Shown in pieces: positions 37,850 through 47,147 of a stretch of DNA of 64,000 nucleotides (position 1 is its first letter; each line of letters opens with the position of its first letter). The stretch lies in NCBI GenBank assembly GCA_045803545.1, contig JBJMOW010000005.1, forward strand, positions 1,152,001 to 1,216,000. The letters are read 5' to 3'. The notes under the pieces were generated by a model. That model searched no databases. It was given only the letters and a program-made list of their open reading frames with translations, and was not told the DNA's origin. This DNA is from Gemmatimonadaceae bacterium (lineage in GTDB: Bacteria; Gemmatimonadota; Gemmatimonadetes; Gemmatimonadales; Gemmatimonadaceae). The position numbers were made by a program, and so were the translations under genes.

Positions 37850-38805
37850 CGCTAAGCGCTGCGCTGCTGTCGGTCGCGGCTCCGTGCGCGTCGGCGCAAA
37901 TGACGGCGGCGCGACTTGATGCGATCGTCGAAGCACAGCGCGACAGCGGCTTTTCAGGCGTGGTGCTGGTGGCGAGGAATGGCACCATCATCATGGAGAA
38001 GGCGTACTCACCGCGAAACGGGGCTCCCCTCCGCACGACGTCGCAATTCAATATCGCGTCCATCACCAAGAGCTTTACCGCCGCGGCGGTCCTGCGGCTC
38101 CGCTCCACACACCGACTGTCCTTCAGTGATCCGATCTCGCGCTTTTTTCCATACACCTCACCTGGCAAGCGCGATATCACGATCTATCATTTGCTCACCC
38201 ACACGTCGGGTCTCGCCGGACATTCGGCAGGTACGGGAATCGTGCGCCGCGATGGGGCCGTCACCGCAATCCTCGCGCAAAGACTCGAATACCCACCGGG
38301 CACGCACTATCAGTATCAGGATGACAATTACGAGCTGCTCGGCGCGGTTGTGGAGATAACTTCGGGCCTCAAGTGGGAAGACTACATCGATCGCGAGCTG
38401 CTGACTCCTGCGCGCATGAACTCAACGACCTTCCAGGGCGGCGACTGGGGACACAAAGGCGCCAATGGCATGCGGAGCACCGCGCGCGATCTCTATCGAT
38501 GGCTCACAGCCATTCACGATGGCAAACTCTTCGGCCGCACCGAAAGCCAGGAGCTCGAGTCTCCGCTGATGCACGTGCGCAGCGAGCCGCCGTACGAGAT
38601 TCATTACGGTTACGGCAATCGGATCTACGTGCGCAACGGCCGGGTCGCGGAAGTGATGCACTCGGGAAGCGGCGACGCCCGCAACACCTCGATCGCACGA
38701 ATGCTGGCCGACGGAACTATCGTCGTCGTTCTCTCCAACTCTGGCCAGCACAGGGGAACGACCTGGGCGTCGTATCTAGGGACGCGACTCGCGGCGCGCA
38801 AATAG
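37846..38805 (+). CDS. Serine hydrolase, beta-lactamase class C-like family
   Basis: FSGVVLVA, ASITKS (SxxK), LLTHTSGL, HSG; start ATA 37846 or ATG 37900. Confidence 0.85.
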   Translation: MTLSAALLSVAAPCASAQMTAARLDAIVEAQRDSGFSGVVLVARNGTIIMEKAYSPRNGAPLRTTSQFNIASITKSFTAAAVLRLRSTHRLSFSDPISRFFPYTSPGKRDITIYHLLTHTSGLAGHSAGTGIVRRDGAVTAILAQRLEYPPGTHYQYQDDNYELLGAVVEITSGLKWEDYIDRELLTPARMNSTTFQGGDWGHKGANGMRSTARDLYRWLTAIHDGKLFGRTESQELESPLMHVRSEPPYEIHYGYGNRIYVRNGRVAEVMHSGSGDARNTSIARMLADGTIVVVLSNSGQHRGTTWASYLGTRLAARK

Positions 38806-38811
38806 CCGCGC

Positions 38812-40245
38812 TCAAACTCTCCGCGTTTTCCAGCGACCCTTTCTGAAGAACCACGCGCTCACTATCGCGTGTACCGAGTAAGTCAGTAGCATCGCGAAGA
38901 ACACCCCGCGCGGTCCGCGATGCAACGGCAGCGCAAGCAAGGCAGCAAGCGGGATGCAGAACGCCCAAAAAACGAACAGGTTGATCCACGTCGGAGTCCA
39001 GGTATCACCGGCGCCGTTGAACGCACTGTTCAGGACCATTCCGTATGCGTACAGCGGGAATCCGAACGCAACTGTTCTCAGGCCGGCGACGGCGTAACCG
39101 CCAATTGCCGGATCGGACGTGAACAGAGATGCAATCGGTCCGGCGAGAACAACGAAGATGAGTCCGATTGAGCTCAGGAATACCACGTTATACCTGCCCG
39201 CCATCCACACCGCGCGCTCAGCCCGATCCGGTTTTTTCGCGCCGAGCGCCTGCCCCACCATCGTCGCGGCAGCGTTGCTGACGCCCCACGAAGGAAGTAG
39301 TGCGAACATAATGATTCGCACCGCGATGGTATAGCCGGCCAACGCAGTACTGCCAAAGACTGAGATTATTCGTACGAGCCCGATCCAGCTCGCGCTGCCG
39401 ATCAGAATCTGAAACGTTCCCGATCCCGACAAACGAATCATCTGCCACATCAAGGTCGGGTCGAGCTTGAAATGATGTCGGCGTACCTGCACACGGCCAC
39501 CGGGGCGGAAGAGGCGGGTGAGCGCGTATATGGCACCAGTTCCTCGTCCAATGGTCGTGGCCACTGCGGCACCGACGACGCCTAGTCGTGGAAACGGACC
39601 GACGCCGAGGATCAGCATCGGGCCGAGGAAGATATTGATGGTGTTTGCCAGCCACAGCACGCGCATCGCAATCACCGCATCACCGGCGCCGCGGAACACC
39701 GCGTTCACCAGAAACAACAGCAGCACGACGATGTTTCCGCCGAGCATGATGCGAGTGAAGAGAACGTTGGCGAGCACGCCGCCCGACCCGCCCATCGCCC
39801 GCAGCAGCACCGGCGCTGTCAGTGCGCCGAGTACTCCGAGGGTCACTGCAATACCAGCAGCAAGCAAAATCGCCTGTGCGGCTGCGTGCGAGGCGCCTTC
39901 GGAATCCTTCTCGCCAATGCGTCGCGCCACGGTTGCGGTGGCACCGATGCCGAGGCCCATCGCCATGGTGTAGATGAGGACCATCATCGACTCGGTGATG
40001 CCGACCGTTGCGACTGCATCAGCGCCGAGTCGCGATACGAAGAAGACGTCGACCACAGCGAAGACGCTCTCCAGAACCGTCTCGAGCACCATCGGCACCG
40101 CAAGCAGGAAGATCGCTCGGCCAATGGGACCACTGGTGTAGTCGTGGTGCGCGCCGCGCAGCGCTTCCCTGATGTTCTCCCAGTACCCTGGCGCAGGCTC
40201 GGGCGTCGTCGTCGCTGGGACGGCGAACTCGGACGTGTCACCCAT
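38812..40245 (-). CDS. MATE family efflux transporter
   Basis: LAVPMVLE, VDVFFVSRLG, RGAGD, NGAGDT; ~12 TM. Confidence 0.92.
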   Translation of the reverse strand: MGDTSEFAVPATTTPEPAPGYWENIREALRGAHHDYTSGPIGRAIFLLAVPMVLETVLESVFAVVDVFFVSRLGADAVATVGITESMMVLIYTMAMGLGIGATATVARRIGEKDSEGASHAAAQAILLAAGIAVTLGVLGALTAPVLLRAMGGSGGVLANVLFTRIMLGGNIVVLLLFLVNAVFRGAGDAVIAMRVLWLANTINIFLGPMLILGVGPFPRLGVVGAAVATTIGRGTGAIYALTRLFRPGGRVQVRRHHFKLDPTLMWQMIRLSGSGTFQILIGSASWIGLVRIISVFGSTALAGYTIAVRIIMFALLPSWGVSNAAATMVGQALGAKKPDRAERAVWMAGRYNVVFLSSIGLIFVVLAGPIASLFTSDPAIGGYAVAGLRTVAFGFPLYAYGMVLNSAFNGAGDTWTPTWINLFVFWAFCIPLAALLALPLHRGPRGVFFAMLLTYSVHAIVSAWFFRKGRWKTRRV

Positions 40246-40249
40246 GTCG

Positions 40250-40813
40250 CTACTGGTTTGCCGTCGGCGAGTCGGACTTGGGAGCCTGGTCATAGCCGGG
40301 CATGTCGAGCGCGAGGTAGGTAACCGTATCCCACGCGTTGTGAACGCCGACCGACAGCAGAATCAGAGACGCGGCCCCGATAGCGAAGAGCGCTGGGGTG
40401 TCGAAGCGTGGCAGCGCAAGCGCGGCGACCAACATCAGAATGTAAGCGCCAAACGGCAGCACGACATGGAAAATCCAGTCCTCGAGTACAGGTTGATACC
40501 GTTCGGTACGCCCGGCACGTCGCGTAACGATCGCGCTGTAAATGATTCCGGTTAAGCCAAACAATCCAATTACGAACGCGGCATGGTTCAGCTCTTCCCA
40601 CGGCGCGCTGATGATCGCGCCAATGAGCAGCACCGCCATGAAGTGAACTACCGTTGGCGTGCCGAACGCTGCAATCTCCTGGTGACCGCCCCGTCCCGGC
40701 TGGTCGGCGATGATCGCCATAACCACGAACTGTAAACCCGTCAGCGCCCCCGCCGACGAGCCGACGATGACGTAGAAGCTTTCCCATTTGCCGAGAATTT
40801 CGTGGGCGGGCAT
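40250..40813 (-). CDS. Hypothetical membrane protein
   Basis: WESFY..GSSAGALTGLQFV; HNAWD; ~5 TM. Confidence 0.75.
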   Translation of the reverse strand: MPAHEILGKWESFYVIVGSSAGALTGLQFVVMAIIADQPGRGGHQEIAAFGTPTVVHFMAVLLIGAIISAPWEELNHAAFVIGLFGLTGIIYSAIVTRRAGRTERYQPVLEDWIFHVVLPFGAYILMLVAALALPRFDTPALFAIGAASLILLSVGVHNAWDTVTYLALDMPGYDQAPKSDSPTANQ

Positions 40814-40957
40814 GGGCCTAAGCTATTCGGACCCGGTCGAGTGGGAAACTGTGAAATGAAAACTGCCAGCCGGCGGTGTCCAGCAGTCAGCCAGCGGTCC
40901 GCGCGTGATCCCGCGACCGAAAAAAAACAGCCCAGAGGCTAGATTTGAGGTCAATCA

Positions 40958-41452
40958 ATGCCGGCAACCCCATTCCACCTTGGCCCAGGCCTGCTGATCA
41001 AGGCCGCTGCGCCGCGCTCCTTCTCACTCGCGGCATACTCCGTCGCGCAGGTCGTCATCGACATCGAGTCGGGATACTACCTGTTGAAGGGCGATTACCC
41101 GGTCCATCGTCAGGCGCACACATTCTTTCTCGGCGGCTTGATCGGTCTCGTCTGCGGACTGATTGTTTCACGGATCGGCCGAGCCTGGGCGAAACCGCGC
41201 GACGCAATTCCGGAAGCGCTGGCGGTTGAGTATCGCTTACTCATTGCAGCTTACAGCGGATTGTTCGGGGGAGTCTTTCACTCGTTCCTGGATGGAATCA
41301 TGCACGCCGACATGCGGCCTCTGCGTCCGTTCAGCGATGCCAATCCGCTGCTCGGCCTCGTGAGCATCCAGGTTCTCTATCTATTCTGCATCGTCACCGG
41401 AATCCTCGGCGCGGCGCTCCTGCTGGCGTGGGAACGACGGCGCCGATTCTAG
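40958..41452 (+). CDS. Membrane-bound metal-dependent hydrolase-like (DUF4184-like) protein
   Basis: MPxTPFH, DIE, HxxxHT, HSFLDGIMHAD. Confidence 0.7.
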   Translation: MPATPFHLGPGLLIKAAAPRSFSLAAYSVAQVVIDIESGYYLLKGDYPVHRQAHTFFLGGLIGLVCGLIVSRIGRAWAKPRDAIPEALAVEYRLLIAAYSGLFGGVFHSFLDGIMHADMRPLRPFSDANPLLGLVSIQVLYLFCIVTGILGAALLLAWERRRRF

Positions 41453-41459
41453 ACGGCGT

Positions 41460-42629
41460 GTGAAAGAGAGCGCGCCGGAAGCCGCCACCCTCCTTCACGA
41501 TTTTATCGCGCAGCAGCACGCGAACGTCTTCGCCAGGGCGTTTGCGGTGTCGACAAATCAGCTGCCGCACGGCGCTGAGAGTCAACCCGAACTGGCGGAT
41601 CGAATGCTGATGACCAACAACATCGGGTTCATCTTCCAGCTGTGCGAGCGCGAGCCGCATGGCGTCGTCAGGGCCGGCGAGCTCGAGCGATGGGCGGCAA
41701 CCCAGGTTGTGCGAAAGGGCGTGAGACTGATTCAGAACACCCGCGAGCTGCTGGCTACATACTCCGCCATCTCGCTGGTCAATCATTTCGGACACAGAGT
41801 GACGGTCTCGCCGAAAGATTCGGAATCGCTCGTCGGCATCGTCGTCTATCGGGTGCCGCCTAAGACACGGCCGTTCCGGGTTGCGCGATTCAAGCGAGCA
41901 CGCAACGGCACGTTCGTCCACATCCTTCGCGATACAGATTTCTTCGAAATCTGCGACCACTTCGTGACGCCGGCCGAGCTGCTCGATTACTTCAACTTCC
42001 GTCGCGACATCCTCCTGGGATGGGATCCGCCGACAACGGCAGTGAGCGAGACCGCGCTGATTGGCCAGTATCTACTCGAGGACTTCGAATCGCCGCCGGA
42101 TCAGCGTCTTGACGCCGCGGCACGCGCGAGAAGGAGTCCGGCCGTCTGCGAATTCACTTTTATGCTCGACAGTCTGGCGGCGGTGATTGCGGCAGAGGAG
42201 GACGATTTCGCAGACAGTGACTCCTACCGGATTCTGAGCGAGCTGTCGATGCTCGGCCGGTATGAGCTGCGCGCTTTGAGCGAACAACTGCGGCTGGCGC
42301 TGGAATCGGTGCGGGCGGACAGGTTCGAGCTGCCATATAGGATGGCGTCGTCGAAGACTGGCTGCGGATTCGTCATCCTGCCGCTGACCCGGGAGTTCCT
42401 CGATCGCGGCTATGACGCGCTGGACAGCCTTGCTCGCGCATCGAAGCACGAGCTCGATCTGGAGCGTCAGATCGCAATCGGCCTGTGGCGGGATGGGGAA
42501 TTCGTTGACATAGAGTGGCTGTTCCTGTCGGGTGACAACGCGCCCGATCCGGACATCGATGAACGCCTGGCGCAGAGTTACCCATTTCGGCGTGCATCGG
42601 AGCGGCGGTTGCCGCCAATTTTCACATAG
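41460..42629 (+). CDS. Hypothetical protein
   Basis: 389-aa ORF filling the gap; ELAD...FQL segment. Confidence 0.7.
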   Translation: MKESAPEAATLLHDFIAQQHANVFARAFAVSTNQLPHGAESQPELADRMLMTNNIGFIFQLCEREPHGVVRAGELERWAATQVVRKGVRLIQNTRELLATYSAISLVNHFGHRVTVSPKDSESLVGIVVYRVPPKTRPFRVARFKRARNGTFVHILRDTDFFEICDHFVTPAELLDYFNFRRDILLGWDPPTTAVSETALIGQYLLEDFESPPDQRLDAAARARRSPAVCEFTFMLDSLAAVIAAEEDDFADSDSYRILSELSMLGRYELRALSEQLRLALESVRADRFELPYRMASSKTGCGFVILPLTREFLDRGYDALDSLARASKHELDLERQIAIGLWRDGEFVDIEWLFLSGDNAPDPDIDERLAQSYPFRRASERRLPPIFT

Positions 42630-42734
42630 TGATACATGCCGCAAGCTCGGCTCGTCGCGATAACCAGATGTGTGCGGGAACAATGCATGCCGTTTCCGGT
42701 TTCATATGGTGTCACTGCCTTCAATGAGAATAAG

Positions 42735-43421
42735 ATGAATCGCTCCCTCTCCGGCTTCTTTGCTTTTGTCGTCGTCATTCCCATAGCGCTGGTACTGTTG
42801 GCTTCACGCCTCACGAGCGGGGCCCCCAGGACAAACGGGTCCGTCAGCGCGCCGGTGGTCGGCGCCGAGCTCTCCGCCGCACCTGCCGAAGACACAGCGG
42901 TATTCGCTGGCGGCTGCTTCTGGGGAATCGAGGCAGTGTTCGATCACGTGAAAGGTGTAAAGAAAGCGATCTCGGGATACGCCGGTGGCAATCTTGCGAA
43001 CCCGACCTACGAGCAGGTCAGCACTGGTGACACCGGGCACGCCGAGTCGGTAGAAGTGATCTACGACCCGTCGCAGGTGGCGTATGGCAAGCTGCTGCAG
43101 ATCTTCTTCTCCGTTGCGCACGACCCGACGCAGCTCAATCGTCAGGGACCGGATCACGGCACCCAGTATCGGTCGGCGATTTTCTATCGCAACGCGCAGC
43201 AGCAGCGGGTAGCTGAGAGCTACATCAAGCAGCTGACCGCTGCGAAAACTTTCTCGAGCCCGATCGTGACTCAGGTCGGCGCGCTGCACGGCTTTTACGA
43301 GGCCGAAGAGTATCACCAGCACTATCTGGAGCAGCACCCCAACCAGTTGTACATCGTGATCAACGACAAGCCGAAGCTGGTCGCGCTCAGGAAAGAATTT
43401 CCGGACATCTACAGAGATTAG
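42735..43421 (+). CDS. msrA: Peptide-methionine (S)-S-oxide reductase with signal/anchor
   Basis: AGGCFWG, TGHAE, HDPT..NRQG, YRSAIF, AEEYHQ. Confidence 0.95.
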   Translation: MNRSLSGFFAFVVVIPIALVLLASRLTSGAPRTNGSVSAPVVGAELSAAPAEDTAVFAGGCFWGIEAVFDHVKGVKKAISGYAGGNLANPTYEQVSTGDTGHAESVEVIYDPSQVAYGKLLQIFFSVAHDPTQLNRQGPDHGTQYRSAIFYRNAQQQRVAESYIKQLTAAKTFSSPIVTQVGALHGFYEAEEYHQHYLEQHPNQLYIVINDKPKLVALRKEFPDIYRD

Positions 43422-43491
43422 TCGGAAGCCGCGGGCCGCCGGCTGAGGGGGGCAAGCCGCGAGCGAGCAGTTTTCTTTGTAGTTTGCGGCC

Positions 43492-44343
43492 GTGGAAATT
43501 CAAATCCTCGCCGTCCCCTACGACTCCGGGCATCGCGGGCTGCGTATGGGCGCCGGACCGGAGGCGCTGCTGCAAGCCGGGCTCGTCGATGCACTGCGCA
43601 GTGCCGGTCACAACGTCAGCGTTCGACTCGCCGAGCTCGACCCCGATCAATGGCAAGCGGAGATTCAATCGGGCTTCGAGTTGATGCGTATGCTGGCGGT
43701 AGCGGTACGCGAAGCCCGAGATGGCGGCCGCTTCCCAATTGTGCTCGCCGGCAACTGCAACACCGCTGTTGGCACTCTCGCCGGACTCGGAGCTGATTCA
43801 ATCGGCGTCGCATGGTTCGACGCACATGCCGACTTCAACACTCCCGAGACAACCACCAGCGGTTTTCTCGACGGCACTGCCGTCGCCATCATCAGCGGAC
43901 GCTGCTGGACCCAGCTCGCCGCAACAGTGCCGGGATTCTCGCCAATCACTGACGAGCGCATCTGTCTGATCGGGACGCGCGACATCGACTCGCTCGAAAG
44001 CGCACTGCTCGATGATTCGTCGGTGAGTGTCGTGACGCCTCGTCAGCTTCGTGACGGCCTTTCGCGGCGGTTACAGTTTTTGAGCGAGCACGTCGAGCGA
44101 ATTTACGTCCACCTCGATCTCGACGTGCTCGACGCGGCGGTCGCGGCTGCCAACACTTTCGCCGTCGGTGGCGGCTTGACGCTGGATGATGCGCGCTACG
44201 CCTTGACGACGATCGCCGAGAGGCTGGAAATCGGCGCAATCACGCTATCGGCTTTTGACCCGAACGCGGATACAGATGGATCCGCTGCACGCGCGGCCAT
44301 CGATCTCATTTGCACTGCTGCGGGATTGGTCAGTCGCACTTAG
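43492..44343 (+). CDS. Arginase family protein
   Basis: DAHADFNT; HLDLDVLD; GNC replaces GDH. Confidence 0.88.
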   Translation: MEIQILAVPYDSGHRGLRMGAGPEALLQAGLVDALRSAGHNVSVRLAELDPDQWQAEIQSGFELMRMLAVAVREARDGGRFPIVLAGNCNTAVGTLAGLGADSIGVAWFDAHADFNTPETTTSGFLDGTAVAIISGRCWTQLAATVPGFSPITDERICLIGTRDIDSLESALLDDSSVSVVTPRQLRDGLSRRLQFLSEHVERIYVHLDLDVLDAAVAAANTFAVGGGLTLDDARYALTTIAERLEIGAITLSAFDPNADTDGSAARAAIDLICTAAGLVSRT

Positions 44344-44378
44344 ATTCGTTCCGCCAAGTCCACATAGGGAGGAGTTTC

Positions 44379-44831
44379 ATGCTGGTGCTCCAGGTGAACT
44401 ACCTTGCCGTAATCGTCGCCGCCATCGTCCTCTTTGTACTCGGCGGCCTTTGGTATTCTCCGGTGCTGTTTGCCAAGAGGTGGATCGCGTTACAGGGTCG
44501 AACCGAGGAGCAGATGCGGGCCGACGCTGCTCGCTCCAACATGCCGATGATGTACTTGATGGCATTCATCACCGCGCTGATCATCGCGTGGGCGATGGCG
44601 GTCCTCGGCAACGCTTTTCCACCTCAACCTGGCGGCGGAGGCGGTGTGATGCGTGGCATCAAACTCGGCTTCTTCTGCTGGTTTGGTTTCGTTCTTCCGA
44701 CGACCTTCGCCACGTCACTTTTCTCAATGAAGCCGCGACAATTATGGCTGATCGACGCCGGCTACAACCTGGTGTCGTTTGTACTCGCCGGCGCAATTAT
44801 CTTGGGGTGGATGGGCGCGACCGCTCACTAG
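44379..44831 (+). CDS. DUF1761-like membrane protein
   Basis: GGAGG RBS; NYLAV, LWYSP..F..W, LIDAGY. Confidence 0.85.
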   Translation: MLVLQVNYLAVIVAAIVLFVLGGLWYSPVLFAKRWIALQGRTEEQMRADAARSNMPMMYLMAFITALIIAWAMAVLGNAFPPQPGGGGGVMRGIKLGFFCWFGFVLPTTFATSLFSMKPRQLWLIDAGYNLVSFVLAGAIILGWMGATAH

Positions 44832-44878
44832 CCGAGGTAGCGCCTCGTTCGAGTTCGTGAACATCCAAGAGGAGGACG

Positions 44879-45493
44879 ATGATGCTGGGTTCACTCCACT
44901 ACCGCACGGCAATACTGGGCACGACGATGTTGGCGATCTCCGTCGCATCGTTGGGCGCGCAGGCAGCTGCGTCCAAGGGTAAAGCGAAAGCAAAAGCGGT
45001 CGCCCCCACACACTTCCGGGTCACCGCGCCAGACTTGACGGCGAAGGGAAGAATTGCCCAGGAGCATGCTTTCAATGGGATGGGTTGCACCGGCCAGAAC
45101 GTTTCTCCGGCGTTGACCTGGAGCGGCGCTCCGGCGGGAACCAAATCATTTGCCGTAACCGCCTATGATCCGGACGCACCGACCGGCAGCGGCTGGTGGC
45201 ACTGGGTGATGTACAACATTCCGGCAGATGCAACGGGATTGCAGGCGGGAGCGGGCAACGGCCGTAACGCGCCGCGTGGCAGTCAGCAGGGCAACACCGA
45301 TTTCGGTAGCAAGGGATATGGTGGCCCGTGTCCTCCGCAGGGCGACAAGCCACATCACTATCACTTCACCGTTTACGCGCTGAAGACTGACAAGCTCGAC
45401 GTACCCGGCAACGCAACGGCGGCCATGATTGGCTACAACATCAACGCCAACAAGCTTGCCAGCGCGAGGATTACTGGGCTCTACGCACGCTAG
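44879..45493 (+). CDS. YbhB/YbcL (PEBP/RKIP-like) exported protein
   Basis: DPDAPTGSGWWHW; YGGPCPP; HHYHF. Confidence 0.92.
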   Translation: MMLGSLHYRTAILGTTMLAISVASLGAQAAASKGKAKAKAVAPTHFRVTAPDLTAKGRIAQEHAFNGMGCTGQNVSPALTWSGAPAGTKSFAVTAYDPDAPTGSGWWHWVMYNIPADATGLQAGAGNGRNAPRGSQQGNTDFGSKGYGGPCPPQGDKPHHYHFTVYALKTDKLDVPGNATAAMIGYNINANKLASARITGLYAR

Positions 45494-47147
45494 TTGAATC
45501 CACGACTGGCTTGAGGACATCTCTCGCGTTGACGTAGAAAGTCTCGTCAACGCCGAAGTCCTCAGGCCGGTCGAGTTTTATCGCCGTCGACTTCCAGCGC
45601 TCAGTCGGGCGAATCCAGTCGTAGCGTCCTGTCGCTGTCGTGATCTTGACCGGCATCGCGAAGCCGCGCACGACGTTCGACCACCTGTAACTGAGCTTGT
45701 TGCCCTCGAGCTTGTATTCGAGCGTCGGAATCTTCGTCGTTCGCAGATACTGATCGAAGACTTTGCCGAGATTGATTCCCGATTCGCGACTGATGTAGTC
45801 CTCGATCTGTTTTGTCGTCACCGTTTGGTGCCAGAAGGTCTTGTTCAGTCCGCGCAGGATTCCGCGCCAGCGGGTGTCGTCGTCGACGAGCTGACGTATC
45901 GCCAGTAGCATGTTGGCGCCCTTGTCATACATGTCGCCGGAGCCCTCGGCGTTCACCCCGTAGGAGGCGATGATGGGCTCGTCGTTACGAACGATTTTGC
46001 GCTGGCCGATCGTGTATTCCTGCCCCGCCCGCTTACCCTGCTGACATTCGGTAAAGAGTCCCTCGGCGTAAGTCGCGAAGCTCTCATGAATCCACATGTC
46101 GGCCTGGTCCTTCATGGTGATGCTGTTGCCCCACCACTCGTGCGCGCTCTCGTGGATGATGATGAAGTCCCACAGCAATCCGTGGCCGGTGGCAGAGCGA
46201 TCGCGGCCGAGGTACCCGTTCTTGTAGTGATTGCCGTAAGCGACGGCACTCTGATGCTCCATCCCGAGGTGAGGAGTCTCGACGAGTTTGTAGCCGTCCT
46301 CATACCATGGGTACGGCCCGAACCAGCTCTCGAAACACTGCAGCATCGGTTTTACCTGCTGAAACTGTACGCGCGCGGTGTCGACGTGATAATCGAGAGG
46401 ATAGAAATCGAGAGTGAGATTCCCTTTCTCACCCTGATAGTTGTCGCTCCAGTGCGTGTAGTGACCGGCGTTGACCGCGATGTCGTAGTTGTTGATCGGA
46501 TTTCTGACGAACCACTCGTAAGTCGTTGTGCCGTCCGAATTGCGCGTGGTCGCGCGTAGTCGTCCGTTCGAGACATCGAATAGCGAATTCGGAACCGTTA
46601 TCGCCACACGCTGACTGTCGGGCTCGTCCGCGAGGTAATCCTTGTCCGGCCACCAGACACTGGCGCCGAGTCCTTCGTTGGCGGTGACCACCCAGTCGCG
46701 ACCCAGACTATCCTTGGCCCAGACAAAGCCGCCATCCCACGGCGCACGCGTCGCGACAACGGGCTTCCCGTGATAGTACACGGTGACTGTCTCGAGACTG
46801 CGCGCTGGCTGCGGTGCGATGAGCGTGACGAAAAATGCGTTGCCGTCGCGACGTGAGGTCAGTTGCCGGCCGTCCTGTACGATGCTGTCGACGACGAGCG
46901 GCATCTGGAGATCGATCTGCATCTCGGCGCCCGGCTTCAGCACGCGGTAGGTGATCGCGTTGTAGCCGACGATGCCGCTATCTGCGGGATTGGCTTTGAC
47001 GTGAAGATCGTAGAAGGCGACATCCCACCAGGAGCGCCGCGCACCGTTGGAGCCGCGGAGGGTGTCGGCGCGGGTAAAGACGCGCGGCGATTCCTGCGCC
47101 AACGCGAAAGTAGGCAGCAATAACAAACACAGAGCGCCTAGCCTCAT
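45471..47147 (-). CDS. M1 family aminopeptidase (secreted)
   Basis: GMEHQ; HESAHEWWG...WIHES; YDKG. Confidence 0.9.
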   Translation of the reverse strand: MRLGALCLLLLPTFALAQESPRVFTRADTLRGSNGARRSWWDVAFYDLHVKANPADSGIVGYNAITYRVLKPGAEMQIDLQMPLVVDSIVQDGRQLTSRRDGNAFFVTLIAPQPARSLETVTVYYHGKPVVATRAPWDGGFVWAKDSLGRDWVVTANEGLGASVWWPDKDYLADEPDSQRVAITVPNSLFDVSNGRLRATTRNSDGTTTYEWFVRNPINNYDIAVNAGHYTHWSDNYQGEKGNLTLDFYPLDYHVDTARVQFQQVKPMLQCFESWFGPYPWYEDGYKLVETPHLGMEHQSAVAYGNHYKNGYLGRDRSATGHGLLWDFIIIHESAHEWWGNSITMKDQADMWIHESFATYAEGLFTECQQGKRAGQEYTIGQRKIVRNDEPIIASYGVNAEGSGDMYDKGANMLLAIRQLVDDDTRWRGILRGLNKTFWHQTVTTKQIEDYISRESGINLGKVFDQYLRTTKIPTLEYKLEGNKLSYRWSNVVRGFAMPVKITTATGRYDWIRPTERWKSTAIKLDRPEDFGVDETFYVNARDVLKPVVDSTSVRRAQ

